A stretch of 64,000 nucleotides of DNA from Octopus bimaculoides (taxonomy: Eukaryota). Both the position numbers and the translations under genes were made by a program. A model generated the notes under the pieces. That model ran no database searches. It was not told where the DNA came from and saw nothing but the letters and a program-made list of their open reading frames with translations. Numbering within the stretch: position 1 is the stretch's first letter; each line of letters starts with the position of its first letter. Below, piece after piece: positions 38,745 to 50,196 of the stretch. The DNA is taken from the NCBI RefSeq assembly GCF_001194135.2, contig NC_068983.1, forward strand, positions 143,160,394 to 143,224,393. The letters are read 5' to 3'.

Positions 38745-40250
38745 TGAAGGGGTGCTGAAAAGTTCTTGGCTTTGGTTAAAAGAAAATACTGGGGGAATCA
38801 GTTAATTATGATTTTATTCAACATACAGGGTGTCCATAAAATCTCTTTACCATTTCAAAACTTTATTACAAATGCAATTGATAAGATATTTTATTCAGAT
38901 TCGTTCTATTGTATTCAGTGTTTATTAAAATTTTTTTTTTTACCTCATTTAATACACTTCTACATGGGCACCATTAGTTGTACGAAGCACATCAAGACGG
39001 TACTTGATTTCTTGCCATGTTCGCTGTAGCATAGCCTTATCAATTGTGGCAATAGCATCAGTAATCTTTTGCTTTAGGTCAGTAATGTCCCGTATCTTTG
39101 TTCGATACACGATATCTTTAACAGCCCTATAGAAAGAAGTCCAGGGAAGTGATATCTGGTGAACGTGGCGACCAAGGAATTGACCCATTCCTTCCAATCC
39201 ACTGGTCTGGAAATGTTTTATTGAGGAACTCACGAACATGCAGTCCCCAATGTGGTGGTGCACCATCTTGTTGGAAAATGATGGTTGGTTGAAGGTCATT
39301 CAGTTGTGGTACCACATATTCAGTTAAAAGGTCAAGGTAAACATTTGCAGTAATTGATGTCTCGTTGAAGAAAAGTGGACCAACTATTCGATTGCACATG
39401 ATCTCACACCACACATTCACCTTCGGGCTATTACGCTCAATTTCTACAGTCACGTGGGGGTGTTCTGATCTCCAGATTCTCACATTGTGTTTGTTCAGTT
39501 TCCCTGAAACATGAAAGGTTGCCTCATCACTAAAACAAACTCGTCTGAGGAATGTTTTATCCTCAGAAATTTGTTCCAGCATGTTAACTGCAAACTCTTT
39601 TCGTCTTGGTTTATCATTTGGCTCAAGTGCCTGTAAGAGTTGCATTTTGTTAGCATACAATCGCAAGTTCTTGTGTAGGACCTTGTGCACTGTTGAATGC
39701 GGTAGCAGCAGTACGGATGGACTTTGTGGGAGAACAAGAAAAGGATTGTCCTATACGATCGATGTTTTCATTAGATGTTCTTGGTGGCCCACTCCTCCCC
39801 TTATCTAGCACTGTCCCTGTCTCCATAAATTTCTTGTGCCATGCACGAATTGTCGGACGTGATGGTGGATCACTTCCATACTTAGTTCTGTAGTTTCGCT
39901 GAGTCTGCCTATCCGATTTTGTTTCAATAAACCATGAGACACATTGCGCCTTGTCTTGAGGGGTAGCCATTTTTTACGAGTTCATTCAACAGCACCTCTT
40001 TTACCAACAGGATCCCTGAAACACACAAATGCAATGTGATTAAAAACTTTAGTAAACACTGAATACAATAGAATAAATCTGAATAAAATATCTTATCATT
40101 TGCTTTTGTAATATTTTTTTTAAATGGTAAAGAGACTTTATGGACACCCTGTATTTCCCTCTCAGATTCACAAACTTATTGCAACAGTCCTTCAGTTTTT
40201 CTAAGCCCTGTAAAATAACTCGGAAGGCTGGACCTCCAGCCAGGCCTTTC
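38745..40250 (-). mobile_element. Mariner remnant (end at ~38745, transposase C-terminus) split by the DD41D insertion; occupies 38745-38825 and 40152-~40250
   Basis: Removing 38826-40151 plus one TA restores QGLEKLKDCCNKFVNLRGKYVE*, a mariner-type C-terminus; TA-TGAAGGGGTGCTGAAAAGTT resembles a mariner TIR. Confidence 0.7.
38826..40151 (-). mobile_element. Full-length Tc1/mariner transposon, DD41D (rosa/Visitor-type), transposase 38949-39970 with two frameshifts
   Basis: TA TSDs; terminal 30 bp CAGGGTGTCCATAAA(A/G)TCTCTTTACCATTT with 1 mismatch, and inverted similarity extending to ~110 bp; motifs FSDEATF, QQDGAPPH, SPDITSLDF with 41 residues between the 2nd and 3rd D. Confidence 0.92.
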
Positions 40251-40309
40251 ATGATACTCCTAAAACCAGTAACTTTTCATCACCCACTCCATATCTCTCT
40301 CTCTCTCTC

Positions 40310-41975
40310 TTTATCATCGTCATCATCATTTAACATCCATTTTCCATGCTGGTATGGGTTGGACAGTTCGACTGGGGTTTGGTAAGCCAGGAGGCTGCAC
40401 CAGGCCCCAATCTGATCTGGCAGTGTTTCTACAGCTGGATGCCCTTCCTAATGCCAACCACTCCGAGAGTGTAGTGGGTGCTTTTTACATACCACCGGCA
40501 CAGGGGTCAGAGGAGCTGGCATCGACCATGATCATATGGTGCTTTTTACGTGCCAACAGCACAGAAGCCAGTCAAGGCGGTATTGGCATTGGCCATGTTC
40601 GGAAGGTGTTTTTTATGTGCTACCAGCACGGGGCCCACACCTGCAATTTCCATTTGATTTGATTTTGATATTGCTGATATTGATGTACTTGACTCAATAG
40701 GTCTCCTCAAGCACAGTATGTCGCCATACAATCCAAGGTACTTTTGAGTGGGCTGGTTATGCGACACTGGTGTAGGTTATAGCTGTAGACTCACTTTATT
40801 TGCTGGGTCTTCTCAGTCACAGAATACCTCCAGAGGTCTCAGTCTTTTGTCATTGCCTCTGTGAGGCCCAAAGTTTGAAGGTCATGCTTCACCACCTCAT
40901 CCCGTGTCTTCCTGGGTCTCCCTCTACCCCGGATTCCTCCCACTGTTTGGGAGTGGCACTTCTTCACACAGCTCTCCTCGTCCATCTGCAGTACATGACC
41001 ATACCTATGCAAACATCTCTCTTGCACGCCACATCCGATGCTTCTTATGTCTAACATTTCTCTCAGAGTGCTTACACTCTGTTATGTGTGCACACTGAAA
41101 TTATGCATCCAGCGGATCATGCTAGCTTCATTTCTTTTGAGCTTACACATGTCTTCAGCAGTCACAGCCCATGTTTCACTGCCATGAAGCATGGCAGTTC
41201 GCACACATACATCATACAATCTACCTTTCACTCTGAGCAAGAGGCACTTTGTTACCAGTAGGGGTAGAAGCTTTCTGAATTTTTCCCAGGCTATTCTTAT
41301 TCTAGTGGTAACACTCTCTGAGTATCCACTCCTACTACATACTTGGTCACCTAGGTAGCGGAAGCTATCAACTATTTCTAGTCTCTCCCCCTGGCATGTG
41401 ATGGGGTCTGTTTTCTGAGTATCTGTGGTGTTTATTGCCCCTGTGCATCTGCTGCACATGAAAACTATCTTCCTGGTTAATCTTCCTTTGATGTTGCTGC
41501 ACCTCTTATGTGTCCATAGCTTACACTAGGTACATCTTATGGAGTTTCTACCTACACCTTTTCTACAGATCGAGCAGGGCCACCTACCTGAAGTGGTGTG
41601 TGATGTGTTCACCTTCCTACTTACCAGAACTTTGGTCTTTGCAACATTGACTCTAAAGCCTTTCGATTCTAAACCTTGCTTCCAAACTTGAAGTTTCTTC
41701 TCTAATTTTGGTAGTGATTCTGCTATGAGGGCCAGATCATCGACATGGAGGAGTTCCCAGGGGAAACCTGTCTTGAATTCTTCTGTTATTGCCTGAAGGA
41801 CTATGATGAATAAGAGGGGGCTGAGGGCTGATCCTTGGTGAACCCCTATGTCTACCTGGAATTTTTCACTATACTCATTTCCAATCTTAACCCTACTGAC
41901 AGCATCTCTGTATAGGGCCTGTACAGCCCCTATTAACCATTCATCAATCCCCAGTTTCCACATAGCCCACCTCAT
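40310..41975 (-). mobile_element. RTE-clade LINE: RT domain, PHD-like finger, C-terminus and 3' UTR with (GAT)n tail; several stops and frameshifts
   Basis: GVHQGSALSPLLF, ELLHVDDLAL (YADD variant), IVDSFRYLGD, LHRYGHVLQM..GRGRPRKT. Confidence 0.92.
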
Positions 41976-41982
41976 GCATATA

Positions 41983-42023
<41 letters not shown>

Positions 42024-42177
42024 NNNNNNNNNNNNNNNNNNNNNNNNNNNNNNNNNNNNNNNNNNNNNNNNNNNNNNNNNNNNNNNNNNNNNNNNNNNNN
42101 NNNNNNNNNNNNNNNNNNNNNNNNNNNNNNNNNNNNNNNNNNNNNNNNATATTCATACATATATGCATATATATATA

Positions 42178-42745
42178 CAGGGTGCGGTGAATAAACTGTC
42201 ATCTAAATTATGCAAAAATGAAACTAACACCAACATCTCATTTTAACAGATATATTTACCAAAATTACATAAAAATATCTTCAACCATTGGCTTCAACCA
42301 TGGCCTCCAGACGACTTCAGAATCTCCTGCAACTCTTCTGAATGTTTTCCTTGTTTAAGTTGGTGAATGCTGCCTTCAGTTCATCTTTGGTGCTACATGG
42401 AGTTTTGTTGGGCTCTTGCTCAACTGTGCCTCACACATAATAGTCAAGGGGGTTGCAACCTGGGGAGTTAGGTGACCGGATGTGGTCTCAGAAATTGTCT
42501 GATAGCCATGACTGGGTTCTCCTGCTTATGGGACATGGTGCAGATCCTTTTGCCAGACATAAGGTCTTCCAGCAGCTGCCCTCTTGACCCAGGGCAGCAC
42601 TACCCCATCCAGCCACTTGTTATAGGCCTCTGTGTTGAGTGTGAGGCTGTGTGGAAAGATGAATGGAGGCATAACGTTGCCATCACTAGTGATCACTCCA
42701 AACTTCATGATGTTGACTGGATGTTTGATTTTTATCACTCACAGA
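42178..42745 (-). mobile_element. Tc1/mariner fragment (maT-like), 3' half of the transposase and one terminus
   Basis: KHPVNIMKFGVITSDGNVMPPFIFPH..WVKRAAAGRPYVWQ; TA-CAGGGTG end at 42176-42184. Catalytic spacing is not measurable because of frameshifts. Confidence 0.75.
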
Positions 42746-43219
42746 TTGACACCTGAACACAATGATATTACAAAAATCTTGGAATCTCTACAGAGCCTGG
42801 CTCCTCCCAAAATGATAATATTTCAAGTGCGGAGCTGGGGCAGTAATGCACCAGCTTCAATATTTGATTATCAGAAAAAGGAAGCTAGGTGTAAAAGCCA
42901 ATCTCACTATCTTCAATTCAGTGTTCATGCCTACCCTTACCAATGGTCATGAATCTTGGGAAATGACCAAAAGAATATGATCATGATGATAAAAGATGGG
43001 GTTCCTCTGAAGAATTATTGGAGTAATGTTACTTGATTGAGTGCATAGCTCAGATATCAGGGAGACACTCCAGGTAGAGCTGCTACTTCTCTGAATTGTG
43101 AACTCACAGAACCAATACTATGGACATGTGATAAGAATGTCTTAGGAAAGACTCACTGGACAGGTTTTATGAACAAAACTAAACAACAACACTGAAACTG
43201 CACCAAGTCAAACAAGTTT

Positions 43220-44000
43220 GATGCAGTATAAACCAAAGAATTTTGGCAATGATTCTTGTCTGAGAGATTTCAAGAGCAAAGGATTTAAGCTTTATCTTTG
43301 GCTTATCTATGATATTCACAAATCTCAAGTTTCATGTTAGCTATGTAAAGTGTTCATGCAGAGTAATACTTCTGCTTTTAAAATGATAAAGTTAATCTAG
43401 AAAAAGATTAAGTCACTCACAAAGCATATAAAAAGTATTTGTCCACAGCAGGTTATGATGCAGTGGATAGATTATTGAACAAATGCACAGCACAAAATGT
43501 CAGCATTAGGTCAACTAAATATTGTACACAAATAGCAACTAGAGAAGAACTAGGAATGGTTGAAAATTATCAAAACTCTGTTGTTCACTTTCTGGCAAAA
43601 CATATTTCAATAAGGTCATGTAAAAATATCAAAGAACTAGTAACTTGGGAAATTTTTCTGTTATCAAATACAGTAACTCTTGAAGAAGTTCTATATCTTC
43701 AGTCCAAAGATATTTTTTGACAAAGAAAAAAAATTGTATAGTTAGATAGATGCATAATACAGATCTCACCTGGTGTCCAAAATAAAATTCTAGATGTCAT
43801 AGTTGGGGTTGATCCAGGCAGCATAGTAAATGATGTGGAAAAATGTTCAGGATATTCCATTAACATTGATGAAATGTCAGATGTTAGCAGGGCTGAGCAA
43901 GTTGTCACTGAAGAAAAAAAATCAACGAATCCTTCATCACATTTTCTGAAACACATTCCGCTGAAATAAATGGCATATTTATAAGTTTTATTTGCATCCA
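43220..44000 (+). mobile_element. Decayed hAT-superfamily transposase remnant
   Basis: From 43763: ISPGVQNKILDVI..VNDVEKCSGYSINIDEMSDVSRAEQV, matching the hAT SP.IQNE / FS...DE..D.S..EQ blocks. Confidence 0.6.
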
Positions 44001-44839
44001 TATCTCAAGTATTTTGTTTTATTTCCTGTTCATGTATTGTAGCATGCTCTTGAAAGTGTGAGTTAACCATTGTGGTTTCTCTTTAACTGGGATATTAATT
44101 AGTATTGTTTCAGGTGATTTCTGGTGAAGCAATGTAATACTATAGTCCAATGGGAATTATAGATCTCCAATCTTACTTGTAATAATATTTGTCGTTAAGG
44201 TTCTGCTGGCTCCACAGCTTACCTGACATCCTGAATGGCTGTGGCCTGCTTTTGATGGTCACTAACTGGATTAAATCCAGTTTGAAATCAGAACATATTT
44301 TAATGGCAAAGAGCATGAATATTGGGCAAGTTATCAATATGTAGTTTGCATTGATCACTGACACTTTTATTTCCACATGTTCCCTAATGTGACCCTTGCC
44401 AATTCAAGGGTGGATTTGAATTGACATCATGAACAAAAGTGTACTGGGTCTTGCATGCACTGACAATTACATTCAAGTTAAACAATGAAATTTTAATTTT
44501 ATATTATAGGAGTAATACCCAAAATCACTTCTACATTAATTGAGCCACTGAAAAAGCCCCTTTGTAGTCATATAACCTATTGGAAATAGCAGCCAAATTT
44601 CACCCAAATTAAACCCAGTTGTCTTGATAAGAGAGCAATACATTGAATATGATAGTCTTAGATATGCAATGTCTGAAAAAAGTTCAGGAAGGTCATATCT
44701 AGAATGCTTTTGATCACAGATTTGTTCATTCAGGGCTGATCTGGGCTAAACAACAATTACCATATGAAGTCAAGCAAAGAAATACATATATGAGCAAACA
44801 CAATAAAAATCTTGTCCCATCATGGTTACAATCATCATC

Positions 44840-45060
44840 ATCATCATCATCGTTTTTACATCCATTTTTCCATGCTTGCATGGGTCAGATGGAAATTGTT
44901 GAGGTAAATTTTCAATGTCTGGATGTCCTTCCTGTTACCCCCCACCTTGTTTCCATGTAAGCTAATATTTCCCCATGGGTGGACATGTTTCTATCAAAGA
45001 TTGGAATTGAAGGACACTACTTGTATAACAGTGACACTTAATTATAACTATCATGCAATG
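44840..45060 (-). mobile_element. RTE-type 3' end remnant
   Basis: (CAT)n-CGTTTTTACATCCATTTTTCCATGCTTGCATGGGTCAGA..GGATGTCCTTCCT. Confidence 0.65.
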
Positions 45061-45095
45061 TCAAGACAAGGAGGCAAACATATGCACATGCACAT

Positions 45096-45142
<47 letters not shown>

Positions 45143-45412
45143 TACACACACACACACATTCAGATGCACGCTTATATATGACAGGCTTCTTAAAGTTTGC
45201 GTCTACCAAATCCACTCACAAGACCTGAGGCTATAGTAGAAGACACTTGCCCAAAGCAACAAGCAGTTGGACTGAAACTGAAGCTATGTGATTGAGAAGC
45301 AGACTTCTTAAACCATACAATGATGCCTGTGGCTACTGTGTATGTTTATACATATATATATATATACATACACACACACACATATGCATACATACATACA
45401 TACATACGTACG

Positions 45413-45447
<35 letters not shown>

Positions 45448-45544
45448 GTATATGTATGTATATATATATATATATGTATATACATGTATGCAATAAATGA
45501 TTATTTGCATATTTATTTTTAACATATCTATGCAGATTCATGTA

Positions 45545-47070
45545 CAAAATACAGGAGTTGGACAGAATAATGGAAGCACCTAGCATCATAGCATCATAAT
45601 TTTGAAATATCTATAAAAGTGTCAAAAGCTTGTTTATTTTTATGTCTTTTGATTTATTCTTAGTGTTGCTTAATATGTTTTGCTAAAATTGCCATTTCTT
45701 TTCAGATATCATCAGAAAGAGGTAATTAAAATTCATTAAAATGACAGATCTATCGGACTTTGAAAGAGGTCAAATTGTTGGTGCTCATATGGCAAGCGCT
45801 AGTGTAATGAAAACAGCTGAAATGCTTGGTGTATCAAGAAGTATTGTCTCGAAAGTAATGACAGCCATTGAGAAAGAGGTAAAAACCTCCTCGTCAAAAC
45901 AAAACTCCGGAAGAAAAACCCAAACTTTCAGATAGGGACCATTGGACTCTTACACAAAACTACTGCTCCCAAAATTACTGCAGAGCTTAATGACCACCAC
46001 AAGAACCCAGTTTCCATGAAAACTGTTCACCGGGAGCTGCACAAAGTCAGATTTCATGGGAGGGTTGCAATCAGAAAACCACTACTTTCAAAGACAAACG
46101 TTGTAAAGCATTTAGAGTGGAGTGAAAACCTACAGAATTGGTCCTTAGAGCACTGGAAGAATGTTATTTTCTTGGACGAGTCATCCTTTACCTTATTTCC
46201 GACCACTGGCTGAGTATACATGTGGAGACAGTCAAAAGAAACATTTGACCCAGACTGCCTTCTTCCAATTGTTAAACATGGCAGAGGATCATGATGATCT
46301 GGGGGGCTATATCTTGGAAATCCACTGGCCCAATGGTTTCCCTTCATGGTAGAATTAATAGTCAAGACTATTTAAGCATTTTATCTGATCAAATTCATAC
46401 TATGGTTGCGGAACTGTTTCCAGAGGGAAGCACAATCTTTCAGGATGATAATGCACCAATTCACACAGCTAAAGTTCTTACTGAATGGCACGAGGAACAT
46501 TCTAGTGAAGTTGAACACCTTATCTGGCCACCACAGTCCCCAGATCTCAATATTATTGAACATTTAGGGCACATTTTAGAAAAAGAAGTAAGGAGTTGAT
46601 ATCCTCCACCATCATCACTACAAGAACTGGAGACTTTTTCAGCTGAAGAATGGACAAAAATTCCTTTGGAGACAATTCAAACTGTGTACAAGTCCATACC
46701 TTGTAGAATTCAAGCTGTAATTACCCCATATTAAAATAAATTTGTTTGAAATTTTAAGGCGTTTCCATTATTTTGTCCAACTCCTGTATGTTGGTCACTA
46801 CTGCATACTTTCTAGAACAACTTCTCCTTTTATGACAACAGTATATTCAACACACTCAGCGTATTGGGACTCACCATTCTGAGACACCAGTGTTTCAACA
46901 TATTGTGCCTTGTCAGTCAGAAGTAGCTGGAACTGATGAGACAATATGTTGAAACACTGGTGTCCAAGAATGCCATGTGCCAATGAGCTGAGTGTGTTGA
47001 ACATACTGTTGTTATAAAAAGAGAAAAGATATTCTCCTTAGAAGTATATTATTGTGACCAGCATATTTTG
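45545..47070. mobile_element. ~290-bp foldback (palindromic MITE-like) element; main body 46787-47070, left tip 45545-45551 displaced by the Tc1 insertion
   Basis: Arms ACAACAGTAT(A/G)TTCAACACACTCAGC..GACACCAGTGTTTCAACATATTGT are inverted around ~46925; the outer ends CAAAATA|TG(T/C)TGGTCAC match once the Tc1 is removed. Confidence 0.75.
45552..46786 (+). mobile_element. Full-length Tc1-like transposon, DD36E (Incomer-type spacing); transposase from 45741 disrupted by stops and frameshifts
   Basis: TA TSDs at 45550-51 and 46787-88; 30-bp TIR CAGGAGTTGGACA(G/A)AATAATGGAA.. 27/30 match; motifs DLSDFERGQIVGA, VIFLDES, QDDNAPIH..EWHEEH..WPPQSPDLNIIE with 36 residues between D and E. Confidence 0.92.
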
Positions 47071-47160
47071 CAGCTGAACCTGTCTAGATGTGTTAAGAAT
47101 AAATATGTAAATAATCATTCCAGATTTCACTGTACATAGTGCAAATTTCAATTTACACAT

Positions 47161-47209
<49 letters not shown>

Positions 47210-47881
47210 AAGCTATGACTACACTTTTGAACTATCTTTTTTTATTTTGCAATTTCTTGTACTGATAAACATAGTATATTGCCATTTAGACATGTAACAT
47301 TTTGATATTCTTCTATCTATCTACTTACTTACTTGCTTACACACCTACATATCTGCCTGCCTGCCTGCCTGCCTGTCTGTCTGCTTATCTGTGTCTGGCC
47401 TTTTTCGTATCTATCTCAGTGCTTCTGTTTCTCTTTCCTGCCCTTCTCTACTTCTTTTCTCATTCAAATATGAGGTGACTTGGTCTTTCCCTCTTCTGGT
47501 CTCAGTGAAGTAATAAGTACTAATAATATACGTTGTATATAATATATACTGTAGTGAATTTTATCTTTGTGGAAGTGGTGGTAGTGGTGGTGATGGCAGT
47601 GCAGTTTGTTGTTGTAAATTAATTGTTTTGTACCTAGCCTAGAAATCATCATCACCTTCATTATCACCACTATCACCACAGCACCGCCACCACTACCACT
47701 GCTACCATTGCTGCTATTGCTGCTGCTACTGCTGCTGTCACTGCTGTCCTCATGGCCACTGTTTCCTCCTCCTCCTCCTCCTCCTCCTTATTCACCAGCA
47801 CCAGCAGCACCACCACCACTATAATTATCATCACTGGTGCCAACACTGCCACTACTGCCCTCACTGCTGCTATCACCCTCC

Positions 47882-47913
<32 letters not shown>

Positions 47914-47914
47914 A

Positions 47915-48086
47915 CAGTAGAGCACTGGACAAAATACCTTGTGGTAATTCATGTTCTAAGTTCAAATCTTTCTCTATTTGATTTTTGCCTTTCATCCTTT
48001 TAGAACCCAAATCAAATACTGAGGGGAGATGGGCAATCAAGTCAACTTTTCCCTTGCCTGAAATTTGTAATCTGGTGCCCATGTTA
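47915..48086 (+). mobile_element. Degenerate SINE family A (tail type 2-like)
   Basis: GTTCTAAGTTCAAATC..TTTGCCTTTCATCCTTT..GAAATTTGTAATCTGGTGCCC. Confidence 0.55.
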
Positions 48087-48094
48087 GAAACTGG

Positions 48095-48725
48095 GGATCT
48101 TGTTCAAAATGGGGGCACCAGTATTTTCTCAGTATTTTCTTAACGAAACACTTTGAAACTTGGGACACTGGTAGAATGTGTCATATAAAACATCTTTTAC
48201 TCTTAGTCTTCTTAACAAAAAAACGTACATCGCAAGTTATTTCATGTTAAAGTTGTCGTATTTCTGTAATTTCAACCAATCACTGACGTCTATTCAGCTG
48301 AATAGAGTTACTGCTGGCCTGTCATAAAAATGTTATTCCCTGTGACATATTTCATCCGGTTTAATCGTAATTTATACGCATATATTGTTTATATAATAAA
48401 TTATGCTGTGCGTATCTATGTGCGTAACAATTTCAGAGTTCGGATTCTAGAGTTAGGGTTAGTTTTAGGGTTAGGGTTAGGGTTAGGGGATTAATATGAT
48501 ATACACCGTTACAGCGCTAACTGTTTTCAACTGAATAGACGTCAGTGATTAGTAGAAATTATCGAAATAAGACAATTTTTTACATGAAATAAATTCGAAT
48601 ATAAAAATTTTTTTCTGTTCTATAACACAAAATAGATAAGTATACGAAGTTTGAAAGTCTTTCCGTACCAAAAACACTACATAAAACATAAATGAAAACT
48701 GGTGCCCCCGTTTTGAACAAGATCC
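48095..48725. mobile_element. Non-autonomous DNA transposon (631 bp) with GG-starting TIRs and 8-bp TSD; Merlin-like (hAT or P not excluded)
   Basis: TIR GGATCTTGTTCAAAA(T/C)GGGGGCACCAGT; TSD GAAACTGG at 48087-48094 and 48726-48733; a second internal inverted repeat at ~48238-48300 / ~48526-48591. Confidence 0.85.
48453..48488 (+). repeat. Interstitial telomere-type repeat: six hexamers, five perfect TTAGGG
   Basis: TTAGGG TTAGTT TTAGGG TTAGGG TTAGGG TTAGGG inside the MITE. Confidence 0.9.
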
Positions 48726-48869
48726 GAAACTGGATAAACAGAATTAGTAGAGCAACAGACAAACTGTGTTGGTAATTGTTAGTTACATTACTTTATATTC
48801 TGAGTTGAGTTCAATTAATTCCCTTAATATGTTCAATGTCTGAGTGTTGCTGACTTGTCAACGTTGATA

Positions 48870-49290
48870 AACTGCAGTCATGTGTGGGACAGATGCAGCT
48901 ATTGACCAAATCCGTTGTGGTGATTGCCCTGCTGTCTTCCTTTAACCAGGCAAGGAGGGTAGTTTTCTTCTATCTTGTGGTTATGGTGAAAGAGATTGTA
49001 AATTAAATGGAGTTGAAAAATTTAAGACAAACACTTTCGTTTTTGGCTGAGCCCTCATTGACTTTTTCAAGTTTTAGATGTAAATGAAGGTGCAGGTAGA
49101 AACGGGAAGGGCTGCCCTCAAGTGAGGAGGGTGTAAGTTGCAAAATTGTGAGGGCAAATAGGATACCTTATAGGTATCAGAGAATGAGTTGGAAAGTACA
49201 CTTACCCTTGGTATTCAAGGTGATCTTGAATCTGTGGAATTCCTTGATTGGATCTAGATTGAGGTTATCAGGAGGACTGCATCATCATCC
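48870..49290 (-). mobile_element. Probable Penelope-like RT N-terminal remnant, heavily decayed
   Basis: Minus translation pieces NLNLDPIKEFH.., SYPICP.., TTDLVNSCICP resemble PLE RT motifs; recognised by eye only. Confidence 0.4.
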
Positions 49291-49549
49291 TTCATTATTT
49301 ATTTATCACGTATACTTTTATTTCATTTTTTTTTTTTTTTGCTCATTTGATTTTCTGTGCAAGTCCCCACACCATTTGCCTGTCTTTGTAATTGTCACTC
49401 TCATCTGTTACCTTAGTGACAAAAGGAGTGCTCCTCCTCCTCCTCCTCCAACTCCCCCTCCTCGTCGTCGTCATCGTCATCACCGTCGTCTTTGTCATCG
49501 TCATTGTCATTGTTGTTGTAATCATCATCATCATTATCATTTCTACTGA

Positions 49550-49733
49550 AATTTGGGAGAAGGAGCAAGTTGATTACATCGACCCCAGTACTCAACTGGT
49601 ACTTAATTTATCGACCCTGAAAGGATGAAAGGCAAAGCTGACCTGGGTGGAGTTTGAACTCAGAATGTAGTGGCATATGAAATACCGCTAAGCATTTCAC
49701 CTGGCCTGCTAACGATGCTGCCAGCTTGCCACC

Positions 49734-49735
<2 letters not shown>
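49550..49735 (-). mobile_element. SINE family A, head abutting a long (TAA)n tract
   Basis: GATTACATCGACCCCAGTACTCAACTGGTACTT..GCCAGCTTGCCACC. Confidence 0.85.
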
Positions 49736-49776
<41 letters not shown>

Positions 49777-50100
49777 NNNNNNNNNNNNNNNNNNNNNNNN
49801 NNNNNNNNNNNNNNNNNNNNNNNNNNNNNNNNNNNNNNNNNNNNNNNNNNNNNNNNNNNNNNNNNNNNNNNNNNNNNNNNNNNNNNNNNNNNNNNNNNNN
49901 NNNNNNNNNNNNNNNNNNNNNNNNNNNNNNNNNNNNNNNNNNNNNNNNNNNNNNNNNNNNNNNNNNNNNNNNNNNNNNNNNNNNNNNNNNNNNNNNNNNN
50001 NNNNNNNNNNNNNNNNNNNNNNNNNNNNNNNNNNNNNNNNNNNNNNNNNNNNNNNNNNNNNNNNNNNNNNNNNNNNNNNNNNNNNNNNNNNNNNNNNNNN

Positions 50101-50196
<96 letters not shown>

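Noticed and set aside
44223-44265. 43-nt minus-strand exon candidate ending GTCAG|GTAAGC
   Set aside because: The acceptor is weak, the candidate is isolated and adjacent to TE debris, and the peptide is not recognisable.
48453-48488. True telomere or chromosome-fusion scar
   Set aside because: Only six units, enclosed within a TIR element that has a TSD.
49200-49290. Consensus donor G|GTAAGT on the minus strand after an open frame
   Set aside because: It lies within a probable Penelope RT remnant and lacks a pyrimidine-rich acceptor.
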